Assembly (NCBI GenBank): GCA_018659375.1
Contig: JABJMO010000009.1
Span: 36,320-100,319, forward strand
DNA: 64,000 nucleotides
Reading direction: 5' to 3'
From: Methanobacteriota archaeon
Lineage (GTDB): Archaea > Thermoplasmatota > Poseidoniia > Poseidoniales > Poseidoniaceae
Position numbers and translations under genes: made by a program. Position 1 is the first letter of the stretch. Every line of letters begins with the position of its first letter. The notes beneath the pieces were generated by a model that made no database searches, was not told the DNA's origin, and saw nothing but the letters and a program-made list of their open reading frames with translations. Of this stretch, positions 8,598 through 19,085 are shown piece after piece.

Positions 8598-10622
8598 TCA
8601 CCCTAGGATGTCGTCTAAGATAGCATCATCGCTTATTTCAGGGATAGTTACTTTGAGTAAATTATTTTCCTCCATGGCCACTTTAATGGCTTCGATGGCT
8701 CCAGGATTACGTGCCCAAGCCCTTCTTGCAACTCCGTTATTTACGTCCCAATGTAACATAGATTCAATCTTCTTTTTTGCAGATTGTGAACCATCAATTA
8801 ATAATCCAAATCCACCATTTATCACTTCACCCCATCCAACTCCTCCGCCATTGTGTAAACTTATCCAGGTTGCTCCCCTGAAGGAATCACCGACGAAATT
8901 CTGAACCGCCATATCTGCAGTAAACATAGAACCATCACGAATATTAGCAGTCTCTCTGTATGGGCTATCCGTACCAGATACATCGTGGTGGTCTCTACCC
9001 AATACTATCGGCGCCGATATATATCCATCCGCAATGGCTTGATTCATTGCAAGGGCAATTTTACGCCGCCCCACATCATTGGCGTACAATATTCTTGCTT
9101 GACTACCTACTACTAGGTTATTCTCCCCGGCTTGTTTAATCCATCTAATGTTGTCATTTAATTGTTGGATTATGGAAGGTGATGCTCCCACTGTTAGACC
9201 TTGCAATACTTCTTTTGCTATTTGATCGGTTTTAGCTAAATCCTGAGGGTCACCAGAAGTGCAAACCCATCTGTAAGGTCCAAAGCCATAATCAAAACAA
9301 ATGGGTCCCATTATATCTTCAACATAACTAGGATATCGGAAACTACCATCATCATTTAGCACATCTGCACCTGCTCTCGAGGATTCAAGCAGAAAGGCGT
9401 TGCCATAATCCCAAAAGAACATACCATTAGCTGATAATTTGTTAATCGCGTCTGCATGTCTGCATAGTGTTTTGCGGATTTCAAGAGCAAACTTATCTGG
9501 GTCATTTGACATCATTTGAACTGACTCATCATAGGTGTAATCAGCAGGAAAATAACCACCTTGATACGGATTGTGTAGCGAGGTTTGGTCGCTTCCCAAA
9601 TCTATTTTGACGCCTCTTTCAACGATTCGTTCCCATAATTCAACAATGTTACCAATATGTCCAATCGATATCGCACTGCCTTCCTTTGCTGCTGATACAA
9701 GCAAATCAATTGAATTATCTATATCGTAAGACAAATCGGTCAGCCAACCTTGTGCATGGCGTTTTACTGCGGCATGTTCATTCATTTCAGCAACAATACA
9801 TGCTGCACCCGAGATGACTGCAGCTTTTGCTTGCGCACCAGACATTCCACCTAGCCCTGAAGTTACGAAAGTAATACCAGACAAATCTCGATCAGGGGGT
9901 AATTCTAAATGCATTCTGGCCGCATTTAGGAGAGTAATAGTAGTTCCATGGACGATTCCTTGGGGGCCGATATACATGTAAGAACCAGCAGTCATTTGAC
10001 CATATTGGGTTACTCCAATGGAATTCATGGTCTCATAATCTTCTCTAGAACTATAATTTGGTATCACCATACCATTGGTAACAACAACTCGCGGAGAGTT
10101 TGGGTCTGATGGAAATAATCCCATTGGATGGCCAGAGTACATAACTAAGGTTTGATGATCGGTCATTTGACAAAGATATTGCATAGTTAAGCGGTACTGT
10201 GCCCAGTTTTGAAACACGGAGCCATTACCACCATAAGTGATTAATTCATGTGGAAATTGAGCAACTCTTTTATCCAAATTATTCATAATCATTAACATGA
10301 TTGAAGCGGCTTGTTGAGATTTTGCTGGATATGCTGATATTGGATGCGCCTTAATTTCATAAGCAGTTGGCCTATACCTTTGCATGGTGATTCTGCCAAA
10401 GGAATTCAATTCTTGTAAGAATTCTTTAGCTAGTGTAGCATGAAGATCCGCATTAAAGTATCTTAATGCGTTTTTAATTGCAAGTCTTTTTCCATTATCA
10501 TCTAATACCTGTCGACGATTTGGAGCGTGGTCTACTGAGTCATCGTGGCCCGGATGATTAGGCAAATTATCAGGTATACCTGATAACAGGGATGTTCTTA
10601 GCGTAGAATAGTCTTCTCCCAT
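8598..10622 (-). CDS. hutU: Urocanate hydratase, long (~670 aa) form
   Basis: YGQMTAGSYMYIGPQGIVHGT, GLGGMSGAQ, SDQTSLHN, GRDHHDVSGTDSP, HNGGGVGWG. Confidence 0.96.
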   Translation of the reverse strand: MGEDYSTLRTSLLSGIPDNLPNHPGHDDSVDHAPNRRQVLDDNGKRLAIKNALRYFNADLHATLAKEFLQELNSFGRITMQRYRPTAYEIKAHPISAYPAKSQQAASIMLMIMNNLDKRVAQFPHELITYGGNGSVFQNWAQYRLTMQYLCQMTDHQTLVMYSGHPMGLFPSDPNSPRVVVTNGMVIPNYSSREDYETMNSIGVTQYGQMTAGSYMYIGPQGIVHGTTITLLNAARMHLELPPDRDLSGITFVTSGLGGMSGAQAKAAVISGAACIVAEMNEHAAVKRHAQGWLTDLSYDIDNSIDLLVSAAKEGSAISIGHIGNIVELWERIVERGVKIDLGSDQTSLHNPYQGGYFPADYTYDESVQMMSNDPDKFALEIRKTLCRHADAINKLSANGMFFWDYGNAFLLESSRAGADVLNDDGSFRYPSYVEDIMGPICFDYGFGPYRWVCTSGDPQDLAKTDQIAKEVLQGLTVGASPSIIQQLNDNIRWIKQAGENNLVVGSQARILYANDVGRRKIALAMNQAIADGYISAPIVLGRDHHDVSGTDSPYRETANIRDGSMFTADMAVQNFVGDSFRGATWISLHNGGGVGWGEVINGGFGLLIDGSQSAKKKIESMLHWDVNNGVARRAWARNPGAIEAIKVAMEENNLLKVTIPEISDDAILDDILG

Positions 10623-10652
10623 GATAATCCCAATCATTGGAGTTCTTTGAGC

Positions 10653-11906
10653 CTATTGTTTGACCGTTGTGTCAATATCAGGACGCCAAAAGGTAAATAT
10701 TATCCCACAAATAATCATTAATAATGAAAATGAGATAAATCCGTTCTTTAGTGTTAAACCTTGATATTCAACAAGATAACCTGCTATGGTAGTTGATAAT
10801 GCTGCACTGGTTCCAAGGATCAACATGTCCATTGAAAATACTCGCCCGCGGACTTCATCTTCCACCCACATTTGAGTCAGTACTGTAGAGAGTACCCAAT
10901 TACCCCCACTTGCAGAGTGAGCACAAATAATTAGCAAGACAGTTAATGGTAGATATATATCTAAACTAATACCAACTAACAGGTAGAAGAAACCTGAGAT
11001 TGTCACTAATATGCCAATTAATGTAGGCCATTTGGCTTTATCTTTGAATATTGCACGCGCCAACAAAGGGCCAATACCTGTACCAACACCGCGGGCGAAG
11101 AAAAACAATCCAAATCCAAACGCTGCTCCATAACCTGTTAATTCAGAACCTGCCAAAACAAGAAACACACCGGCCAATCCTGCACCGGCTAAATTCCACG
11201 ATGACTTTGCGAAGACAATTCTGAGCAATTTTTTATCGGAGTATATCCTTGACCATCCAATTTTGATATTGGCTAATGCTGTACCGAATAACGGCCCCTT
11301 CATTTTAGGATCTATATTTTGACTAAACTTAAGTGGAATAAGCAATAATGAAGACAACAAAAATGTGTATGAATCTATGATAAATGCCATATCTGTGCCC
11401 CAGATACTTACCACTATACCGCCAAGCATAGCCCCTATACACAGAGCTGTTGACCAAGAGGCACTGTCGATAGCGTTAGCGGTTATTAGGTCCTCTTCAT
11501 CAACAATGTTTGGTAATGCGGCGCGTTCTGCGGTCACATAGACTCCGTGTAATAACATCATTAAGCCAGATAACGTTACTAGCCACCACATATCTTCTGG
11601 TCCGTCCACTAACAGGAATGATAGTGCTAGACCGACTTGTAATATGTTAGCCCATAGCATCAAACTCTTACGGCTGAACCTATCTGCTAACAATCCATTA
11701 ACAGGTTGAGAGATGGCGAAAAGCGCCATTCTCACAGAAAATAAAATACCTAAAAGAAATTCTGAGCCTGAATATTCTAAAATTAAGAAAAATAATGCAA
11801 TGGTATTGAACCATTCACCCAGTAATGAGATTACAGAAGCAGCCCATAGTCTTCTGAATTTGGCGTTGCTAAAGAAAAACTCAACATAACCTTTAGTCAA
11901 TTTCAC
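10653..11906 (-). CDS. MFS transporter (12 TM, H+ antiporter-like)
   Basis: Motif A GLLADRFSRK, about 12 hydrophobic segments, RGRVFS; overlaps upstream gene by 4 nt. Confidence 0.88.
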   Translation of the reverse strand: MKLTKGYVEFFFSNAKFRRLWAASVISLLGEWFNTIALFFLILEYSGSEFLLGILFSVRMALFAISQPVNGLLADRFSRKSLMLWANILQVGLALSFLLVDGPEDMWWLVTLSGLMMLLHGVYVTAERAALPNIVDEEDLITANAIDSASWSTALCIGAMLGGIVVSIWGTDMAFIIDSYTFLLSSLLLIPLKFSQNIDPKMKGPLFGTALANIKIGWSRIYSDKKLLRIVFAKSSWNLAGAGLAGVFLVLAGSELTGYGAAFGFGLFFFARGVGTGIGPLLARAIFKDKAKWPTLIGILVTISGFFYLLVGISLDIYLPLTVLLIICAHSASGGNWVLSTVLTQMWVEDEVRGRVFSMDMLILGTSAALSTTIAGYLVEYQGLTLKNGFISFSLLMIICGIIFTFWRPDIDTTVKQ

Positions 11907-14179
11907 TCCTCCTCAGCAATCGAATCATTACTACTTATGGTGCAGATAATCCATTTAGAGGTTGGAGTATTTGAGAGGGCAGCAGTTGACTCTAGTGGTA
12001 CTAATTCGTTCGCCTCAGGGAAATATGCTGCAATATTCCTTTTTGGTATATTGTATGGAATTACCAACCATTTTTGAGAAAATCGTTTAGTTCCCTTGAA
12101 ATGGCTGGTGATGTTTACGCAGTCCCTTGTTTTTAAGTTTCTTTCTAACATGTCATGGGGGTTCATCATCAAGACTCTTCGGTTACCTTTTATTCCACGA
12201 TACCTATCGTCAAGCCCGTAAATCGTGGTGTTATATTGATCATGTGATCTTATTGTCATCATAACAAACTCGCCTTCATTTAGGGAAACATCGGGTAGTG
12301 GATTCACTGAAAAATGAGCAAACCCGTCATTGGTCTCAAATTCGCAACTATCTTTTGGAGGATTAGGTAGATAAAATCCATTAGATTGCCTAACTCTAGT
12401 ATTATAATCCTCAAAACCACTAATTGATTGGCTGATTATATCTCTTATGTTGTCGTAGTTTTCAACGCAACCCAGCCAGTCAATATTGGATTCAGGTAAC
12501 GTTAAATCAGCCAGATTGCCAATTATCCATGGTTCACTTCTCAACATATTAGACGCTGGTTTTAGTTTGCCTTGGGATTTATGAACGATTCCCATTGAAT
12601 TTTCGACCGTTACGAATTGTTCGACTTCAGCTTGAATATCTGACTCTGTACGACCTAAACAAGGTAGGATTAACGATTCGTTTCCATTCACTAAATGAGA
12701 TCTATTTAGTTTAGTGGAAACATGTACGACCATATCTAACTTTGACACAGCAGTTGCAGTTCTAGTAGTGTCGGGTGTGGCAGAAATAAAGTTCCCCCCC
12801 AAACAGAACAAAAAGTCTACATCGTTACTTTCCATTGCTGAAATCGAATGAACAACATCATAGCCATGTTTTCTAGGAATAGAATTTTTGAGTCCCAACT
12901 CCATTTTCTCAATGAATGACTCACTAGGAGCTTCCCAAATACCAACAGTTCTGTTACCTTGAACATTTGAATGTCCTCTTACTGGGCATAAACCGGCACC
13001 GACACGGCCGATATGCCCACCAAGCAAATGCAGATTTACTACTTCTTGAATTACGTGAACCCCGTTCCTGTGCTGCGTCAGACCCATGGCCCAACAAGAG
13101 ATTATGGATTTAGAATTGATAATTATATTTGACAACTTATCTATTTGAGTTCTGGAAATCCCTGAGTCTGTTTCTATTCTGCTCCAATCTATCTTTTCTA
13201 ATGATTTTACTAGTTCTTCATATGATTTAGTTTTCTTAGCGATGAATCCTTCATCAATTGACCCAGCATCAATAGTTAGTTTGTTTATAGCTTGCAATAA
13301 TGCCGCATCACCACCAATTTTAACCTGTAAATGCATATCTGCAAGGCCAGTTGAAGTTAAATTAAGCGTCATGTAGTCTTGTGGATGCTTGAATCTAACT
13401 AAACCTGTTTCTGGAAGAGGATTGATGTGTATTATCTTAGCGCCGTTCAATTTAGCATCTCTAAGCGCAGTCAGCATACGTGGGTGATTAGTACCTGGGT
13501 TTTGGCCAATTACCAAAATTGTGTCTGCATGATTAAAATCATCCAATGTTACAGTTCCTTTACCGATACCTATGGTCGGTTCCAATGCCTTACCGCTAGA
13601 TTCGTGACACATATTAGAGCAATCTGGCATATTATTAGTTCCAAGTAACCTTACGAATGCCTGATATAGAAAAGCGGCTTCATTACTTGTTCTGCCAGAA
13701 GTGTAAAAAACAGCTCTGTTAGGGCTGGCTAATGAATTAATTTTACGCGAAATAATTTTTAATGATTTTTCCCAACTAATAGGACTATAATTTGACTCGC
13801 CAGGACCTATATACATTGGTTGGTTGATTCTTCCTTGGCTATTAAGCCAATAATCACTCTTCTTTGATAACTCTTTAACGGAGTATTTGGCAAAAAAATC
13901 TGCATTCACATTTGCCTTCATTGCTTCATCTGCCACTGCCTTAGCGCCGTTTTCACAAAATTCGAATGAAGACCTGTGTTCGGGGTCTGGCCAAGCACAA
14001 CCAGGACAATCAAAACCTTCTTTTTGATTAACCATCCTCAATGTTTTGATGGTATTTGTCAGACCCATTTTCTTGAGTGAATGTTTCGCACTGGAGATAA
14101 CTGCTGGAATACCTGCTGCAGTCTTTTTAGGCTTCCTAATCTTAAGCGGGATGTTTTCTATAGGTGTTTTACCATTCAT
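11903..14179 (-). CDS. FdhF/YdeP-family molybdopterin oxidoreductase
   Basis: GFDCPGCAWPDP, EFCENGAKA, YTSGRTSNE, PDCSNMCHES, RGHSNVQG, RSHDQYNTTIYG; GGGTGA SD before ATG 14179. Confidence 0.92.
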   Translation of the reverse strand: MNGKTPIENIPLKIRKPKKTAAGIPAVISSAKHSLKKMGLTNTIKTLRMVNQKEGFDCPGCAWPDPEHRSSFEFCENGAKAVADEAMKANVNADFFAKYSVKELSKKSDYWLNSQGRINQPMYIGPGESNYSPISWEKSLKIISRKINSLASPNRAVFYTSGRTSNEAAFLYQAFVRLLGTNNMPDCSNMCHESSGKALEPTIGIGKGTVTLDDFNHADTILVIGQNPGTNHPRMLTALRDAKLNGAKIIHINPLPETGLVRFKHPQDYMTLNLTSTGLADMHLQVKIGGDAALLQAINKLTIDAGSIDEGFIAKKTKSYEELVKSLEKIDWSRIETDSGISRTQIDKLSNIIINSKSIISCWAMGLTQHRNGVHVIQEVVNLHLLGGHIGRVGAGLCPVRGHSNVQGNRTVGIWEAPSESFIEKMELGLKNSIPRKHGYDVVHSISAMESNDVDFLFCLGGNFISATPDTTRTATAVSKLDMVVHVSTKLNRSHLVNGNESLILPCLGRTESDIQAEVEQFVTVENSMGIVHKSQGKLKPASNMLRSEPWIIGNLADLTLPESNIDWLGCVENYDNIRDIISQSISGFEDYNTRVRQSNGFYLPNPPKDSCEFETNDGFAHFSVNPLPDVSLNEGEFVMMTIRSHDQYNTTIYGLDDRYRGIKGNRRVLMMNPHDMLERNLKTRDCVNITSHFKGTKRFSQKWLVIPYNIPKRNIAAYFPEANELVPLESTAALSNTPTSKWIICTISSNDSIAEEE

Positions 14180-14245
14180 TATATTCACCCTATTAACCAG
14201 CCTCTTTGAAATCAATCATTTGAAATCTCTGTATAGATAGATGCA

Positions 14246-15013
14246 CTATCCAATGATTACAGAACTATTTTTTTTGACGAAAGAGTGTATTGTGATACCC
14301 AAACTACGCGCACAAGATGCAGCGAGTGAAGAACAGGCGCCAATTGAAGCAATAGTAGGGATATTACAACGGGCGGCTTTAGCGACAATATCCCATCCGC
14401 ATCTGCCACTTAGTAACAGAATAGAATCATTAAATTCAATCTGGTTAAAGCCATTGCCGATTACCTTGTCAACAGCATTGTGACGGCCAATATCTTCACT
14501 TTGGAATTGTAACTTACCATCATGTGTCAATAGACCTGCGCAGTGCATGCCACCAGTCTTGATGAATCCCGTTTGATTTTCCGACATCTCCTTAAGCCCA
14601 CGATATAAAATATTAGAATCAAAATCATTAGACGGTTTTACACTTGGTAAGCCATTTACCAATAATTCCATTCCGTCTAACTTACATGCACCACATGATG
14701 TTGTAGTAACTCCTAATGATTTACTTGGGGTTATTTCGAGATTAGATATCCTCACATCGACTAATATGGTGCCATGAATATCGGTTTTAGTTATAGTGTT
14801 AGACTTATCAATTCTAGTTGTTGAGTTGATATATCCTTCCGCTAATAGATGACCAATAATTAAATCATCACAATTATCTGGTGAAGCCAATAAGTTAGCT
14901 AAAGGTTCTTGATTAACTGTCAATTTTACGAGAGATTCAATCGCAATATCATCAGTTTGAATTAATCTGTCACCCTCATTGAGCCTTGAGATTGGAATCT
15001 TGCGATAATTCAC
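14246..15013 (-). CDS. fdhD: Formate dehydrogenase accessory sulfurtransferase
   Basis: TTSCGAC, TGGMHCA, EDIGRHNAVDKVIG, LSGR motifs. Confidence 0.93.
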   Translation of the reverse strand: MNYRKIPISRLNEGDRLIQTDDIAIESLVKLTVNQEPLANLLASPDNCDDLIIGHLLAEGYINSTTRIDKSNTITKTDIHGTILVDVRISNLEITPSKSLGVTTTSCGACKLDGMELLVNGLPSVKPSNDFDSNILYRGLKEMSENQTGFIKTGGMHCAGLLTHDGKLQFQSEDIGRHNAVDKVIGNGFNQIEFNDSILLLSGRCGWDIVAKAARCNIPTIASIGACSSLAASCARSLGITIHSFVKKNSSVIIG

Positions 15014-15015
15014 TA

Positions 15016-15567
15016 TTAATCACCACTTCTCAAGTGTTCAAGATCAAAGTATTCAAACTGAAGTTCAACTAAGTCTTGACTAGTTTTGGCAGAGGAATAT
15101 TCTTCGAGCGGTTCATAATTTAATTCAATAAATCTCTGCCCCCAACGAAATCCAGAAAGGAGTTCTTTAGCTTGCATTTTATTCCCACACAAATAAGCCG
15201 CTGCGGCTAATGCTTCAATGGTTGACAATTTGCCAGGCTTACCCCAATTTACTGGATTTGCCGCCAAAAATAATGGTAACATTCTTGGCTTTAGCCTGGT
15301 TCTCCTCATAACCAACTCAACGCTTGATTCAATTTGCTTCCAACTGCAATCTAAACCAACAATTGAGCCGTTATTTTCCGTGACCAATTCATGATCTTCG
15401 GGACCAAAAATCTTGCCGCACAAAGGTTCTAGAATTATCCCTTTTTTCGGGAGGGTATTGATTCGTTTGTGCAGAGTGATGTCGCCTCGTTTCGAAGATA
15501 ATACTGCTGTATTTTTTTTGGGGTCGTCCTGAGCAAGCCATAGCGAATGTATGTTCAATTCTCTCAT
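15016..15567 (-). CDS. tsr3: 16S rRNA aminocarboxypropyltransferase Tsr3 (DUF367)
   Basis: DPKKNT, LDCSW, RMLPLFLAANPVNWG, KLSTIEALAAA, FRWG. Confidence 0.92.
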   Translation of the reverse strand: MRELNIHSLWLAQDDPKKNTAVLSSKRGDITLHKRINTLPKKGIILEPLCGKIFGPEDHELVTENNGSIVGLDCSWKQIESSVELVMRRTRLKPRMLPLFLAANPVNWGKPGKLSTIEALAAAAYLCGNKMQAKELLSGFRWGQRFIELNYEPLEEYSSAKTSQDLVELQFEYFDLEHLRSGD

Positions 15568-16056
15568 TCAAGCACCATTTTGTTTAAAGTAATCACCTAA
15601 AGTCATGTTTCTATTGCCATGATGTACCACTCTTGAGGTTTCAGAAGGCGTAGATTCGACAAGTAATACTATTCCCAAAACTTTTTCTAATTTTTTAATT
15701 AGTGAATCGGTAGGTGGTTTGCCTGACTCAGCAGATTTTATGACATTAACAGTTTCAGCAATCCGCTTACCTAATTCTGCATGATTCCAACCTTTGGCTT
15801 TTCTAGCACTGGTGATTCGGTTGCCAAAATCTTCCGCTAACTCTTTTTCCCGCTTAGCCATTATGTCATTTTTTTTGCGGGGTTTGGAACCGGCAAATGG
15901 CGTTCTTGTACGCGACATTTTGATTCCAGGGGCTTCTTCTTTAGGCGCCAATCCGAGCTTTTCAACGCAACGCATGCAAGCGTGGACTTGTGCTTTCCCC
16001 ATCATTATTGGCTTTGTACCAACTTTCATGGCACCACACACTTCGCATTCTCCCAT
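15568..16056 (-). CDS. mbf1: Archaeal multiprotein bridging factor aMBF1
   Basis: N-terminal CEVCG...CMRC zinc ribbon, HTH_3, C-terminal TLGD; adjacent to PAN as in other archaea. Confidence 0.92.
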   Translation of the reverse strand: MGECEVCGAMKVGTKPIMMGKAQVHACMRCVEKLGLAPKEEAPGIKMSRTRTPFAGSKPRKKNDIMAKREKELAEDFGNRITSARKAKGWNHAELGKRIAETVNVIKSAESGKPPTDSLIKKLEKVLGIVLLVESTPSETSRVVHHGNRNMTLGDYFKQNGA

Positions 16057-16144
16057 TACCCCACCATGCTATCCTGTGCAATCATCAAAATGAATCTTGT
16101 CATGATTTTAGGTAGAGTTCATAGATGATTGGCGTTAGGAGTGA

Positions 16145-17374
16145 TTGAGCGACATGGTAGGGGACGTGGGAACACCAACTAAAGACATCATATCTTCGAA
16201 TGATGAGGACCTAAAAAAACTGGAAGATGATTTCAAAAGTCTACAAGACCAAACTCAGGATTTAATCAATGAAAGGGCTCACATGGAGTCGGAAATCCGG
16301 TCTTTAAAAAAGCGAGCTAACAGATTAGATGAAGAAGTTAGATCATTAAAATCTCCACCGTTAATCGTTGGGCATCTAGAAGATATTCTAGACCAAGAAA
16401 GGGGAATAGTGCGCTCATCTAACGGAACAGTCTTCCAAGTGGCGCTAAATCAAAGATTAACTCCTAACGTGTTGAAACCTGGTGTCCGTGTAGCCCTAAA
16501 TCAAGACACTTTGGCGGTTATTGAAGTATTACATGACGCCTGGGATCCTATGGTCAGCGGGGCAGAAATGGTTGAACGGCCAGATACAGATTATGATTCA
16601 GTAGCTGGACTTGAAGAACAGAAACAATATGTTAGAGAAGCGATTGAGTTGCCGCTTAATTCTCCAGAATTATTCGAACAAGTTGGCGTTGAGCCACCAA
16701 AGGGTATCTTGTTGGTAGGTCCCCCAGGTTGCGGGAAAACATTACTCGCAAAGGCTGTGGCAAATCACACAGAAGCTACATTTATCCGAATGGTTGGCAG
16801 TGAACTGGCACAAAAATATATTGGGGAAGGCGGCAGAATGGTAAGAGAGTTATTTTCCTTGGCAAAAGAAAAGTCTCCATCAATAATATTTTTAGATGAA
16901 ATTGATGCTATCGGTGCAAAACGTTTGGATGGATCTACTAGTGGAGATAGAGAGGTGCAAAGAACTCTTATGCAATTACTTGCTGAGTTAGATGGCTTTG
17001 ATGCACTCGAGAATGTCAAGATTATTGCTGCCACAAATCGCCCAGATATACTTGATGAAGCGCTATTGCGACCAGGTCGTTTTGACAGAGTTATTGAAAT
17101 TCCAATACCTGACGAAGTCGGTAGGAAGGCGATATTCAAACTAAATATCGATAAAATGTCAACCAAGAAAATACAACTGAAACCGATTGTCGACAAAACT
17201 AATGGTTTTTCAGGAGCAGAAATAAAAGCAACGTGTGTTGAAGCAGGTATGATTGCTATTCGACAAGGTCGTGGATACATAACACAAACTGACTTCATTG
17301 ATTCAATAAAAAGGATTAATTTAAAGAAAGTTAAAGGTGGACTAAAAGATTCTCCTGATGCCATTTACAGTTAA
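16145..17374 (+). CDS. pan: Proteasome-activating nucleotidase
   Basis: N-terminal coiled coil and OB domain, [25 protein letters not shown]-terminal HbYX (IYS); ATG 16154 fits the GGAGTGA SD better. Confidence 0.96.
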   Translation: MSDMVGDVGTPTKDIISSNDEDLKKLEDDFKSLQDQTQDLINERAHMESEIRSLKKRANRLDEEVRSLKSPPLIVGHLEDILDQERGIVRSSNGTVFQVALNQRLTPNVLKPGVRVALNQDTLAVIEVLHDAWDPMVSGAEMVERPDTDYDSVAGLEEQKQYVREAIELPLNSPELFEQVGVEPPKGILLVGPPGCGKTLLAKAVANHTEATFIRMVGSELAQKYIGEGGRMVRELFSLAKEKSPSIIFLDEIDAIGAKRLDGSTSGDREVQRTLMQLLAELDGFDALENVKIIAATNRPDILDEALLRPGRFDRVIEIPIPDEVGRKAIFKLNIDKMSTKKIQLKPIVDKTNGFSGAEIKATCVEAGMIAIRQGRGYITQTDFIDSIKRINLKKVKGGLKDSPDAIYS

Positions 17375-17411
17375 GGCTAACTTCAAAGTCCGCCTTTTAT
17401 TACCATCGTGC

Positions 17412-18458
17412 ATGGAAAAGGCATTGATAGAGTGTGTACCTAATATTTCAGAGGGTAGGAATCTTGATTTAATTAATGAAATTGTCAGCAGTATACCTCA
17501 AAATGAGCATTGTTCGGTACTAAGTGTAGAGCCTGATGCAGACTATAATAGAACAGTTATAACCATAGCAGGAAGTCCTGATGAGGTTTATTTTGCAGCA
17601 TACAAACTTATTGAATCGGCTGTAGAATTAATCGATATGAGCAAACATCATGGTGAACACCCTCGACTTGGTGTTGTTGATGTTTGTCCGTTTATCCCGC
17701 TCAATAATGTCACGATGGATGAATGCTCCTCTCTCGCAGAGAAATTAGCTAAGAAGGTGGCTAAAGAGTTGGGAGTGAGTACTTTTTTGTACGGTTACTC
17801 CGCAACTCATGCAGACCGGAAACTACTCTCTACATTGCGTAAAGGAGAATATGAAGGTCTAGAAAATAGATTGACAAATGGAGAAACCAATCATGAAGAA
17901 ACAACTAGATATCCCGACTTTGGACCTAATAAATGGTGTGATGCAACAAAGAAATCGGGGGGAATAACAATTGGCTCAAGAGATATATTAATTGCATATA
18001 ACGTAAATATTGACGAACCAGAAGCAGTTGTAGCAAAGAAGATTGGTTCCATTATTCGCGGCAGTGGCAGGTTAATTAAGCAAGAAAACGGACAGAAGAT
18101 GCGGGTTACGGGAATGATTCAGGAGATACAAGGGATGGGTGTGACATTAGAAACTCACTCTATTAGCCAAGTTTCAATGAATATATTAGATGTAGATAAA
18201 TGTCCAATTCATAAGGCGTTTGAAATTTGTCACTCATTGGCTAAAGACCATTCTGTATCGCTCAAAGGTAGCGAATTAGTTGGTTTAGTGCCCCTAAAAT
18301 CAATGCTTGAAACTGGTCTATGGTATCTTGGCAAAGGAAATTATTCCGATGAAGAATATGTTGATGCTGCAATCAATGCACTAGGATTATCTGAAATCGA
18401 CAATTTCAATCCACATGAGAGAATAATCGAGTGGGCAATGGCTGGTGATGCTAATTGA
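17412..18458 (+). CDS. ftcD: Glutamate formimidoyltransferase (FTCD N-terminal half)
   Basis: LIECVPNISEGR, DYNRTV, HHGEHPRLGVVDVCPFIP, PDFGP, QVSMN, SELVGLVP; start moved to MEKALIE. Confidence 0.93.
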   Translation: MEKALIECVPNISEGRNLDLINEIVSSIPQNEHCSVLSVEPDADYNRTVITIAGSPDEVYFAAYKLIESAVELIDMSKHHGEHPRLGVVDVCPFIPLNNVTMDECSSLAEKLAKKVAKELGVSTFLYGYSATHADRKLLSTLRKGEYEGLENRLTNGETNHEETTRYPDFGPNKWCDATKKSGGITIGSRDILIAYNVNIDEPEAVVAKKIGSIIRGSGRLIKQENGQKMRVTGMIQEIQGMGVTLETHSISQVSMNILDVDKCPIHKAFEICHSLAKDHSVSLKGSELVGLVPLKSMLETGLWYLGKGNYSDEEYVDAAINALGLSEIDNFNPHERIIEWAMAGDAN

Positions 18459-19081
18459 GTTGGATGAAAAAAACCCTTGGTGAATTTCAAGATGAATTAT
18501 CATCATCTGCGCCTACTCCAGGTGGAGGTACTGCCAGTGCAGTTGCCTTAGGCCAAGCAGCAGCACTAACTAAAATGGTGATTGAACTTACACTAGGTAA
18601 AGAAAAATGGGAATCAGGCTGGATTTATGCACAGAATGCAAATAACAAAACAGAGGAGATATTAGCTAAAGCAGGTCTCTTAGCAGACCAAGATAGCGAC
18701 GCATTTGATTTGGTCATGAGTTCTTTTCGGCTACCTAAATCTACTGATGAAGAAAAGACACATAGAAAGAAAACTATCAGACAAGCCACATTGCAAGCAG
18801 CTGAGATACCTTACCAAACCGCATGTTTATCATTAGATCTACTAAAATTATTAGATGGTTTAGCGAATTATGGTAACGCAAACGCAGTTTCGGATGTAGG
18901 AGTGGCTGGATTGCTTGCTAGTGCAGCATGCAAGGGTGCATTATTCAATGTTGATATTAATCTTAATTCATTACCAGCTGAATATGGTCAGACAATGAGA
19001 GATGCGTGCCCCAAAATATTGGCAGATTGTAGCATAGTAGCCAGAGAAATAATGCAATCTGTCAAAAAAAGAATTGGATGA
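18455..19081 (+). CDS. Formimidoyltetrahydrofolate cyclodeaminase (FTCD C-terminal half)
   Basis: SAPTPGGGTASA, DQDSDAF, GNANAVSDVGVA, NVDINL; TTG start overlapping upstream stop, GGTGA SD. Confidence 0.9.
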   Translation: MSWMKKTLGEFQDELSSSAPTPGGGTASAVALGQAAALTKMVIELTLGKEKWESGWIYAQNANNKTEEILAKAGLLADQDSDAFDLVMSSFRLPKSTDEEKTHRKKTIRQATLQAAEIPYQTACLSLDLLKLLDGLANYGNANAVSDVGVAGLLASAACKGALFNVDINLNSLPAEYGQTMRDACPKILADCSIVAREIMQSVKKRIG

Positions 19082-19085
19082 TTAG

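Noticed and set aside
11903-14179. Selenocysteine formate dehydrogenase
   Set aside because: No in-frame TGA; Cys at the active-site position
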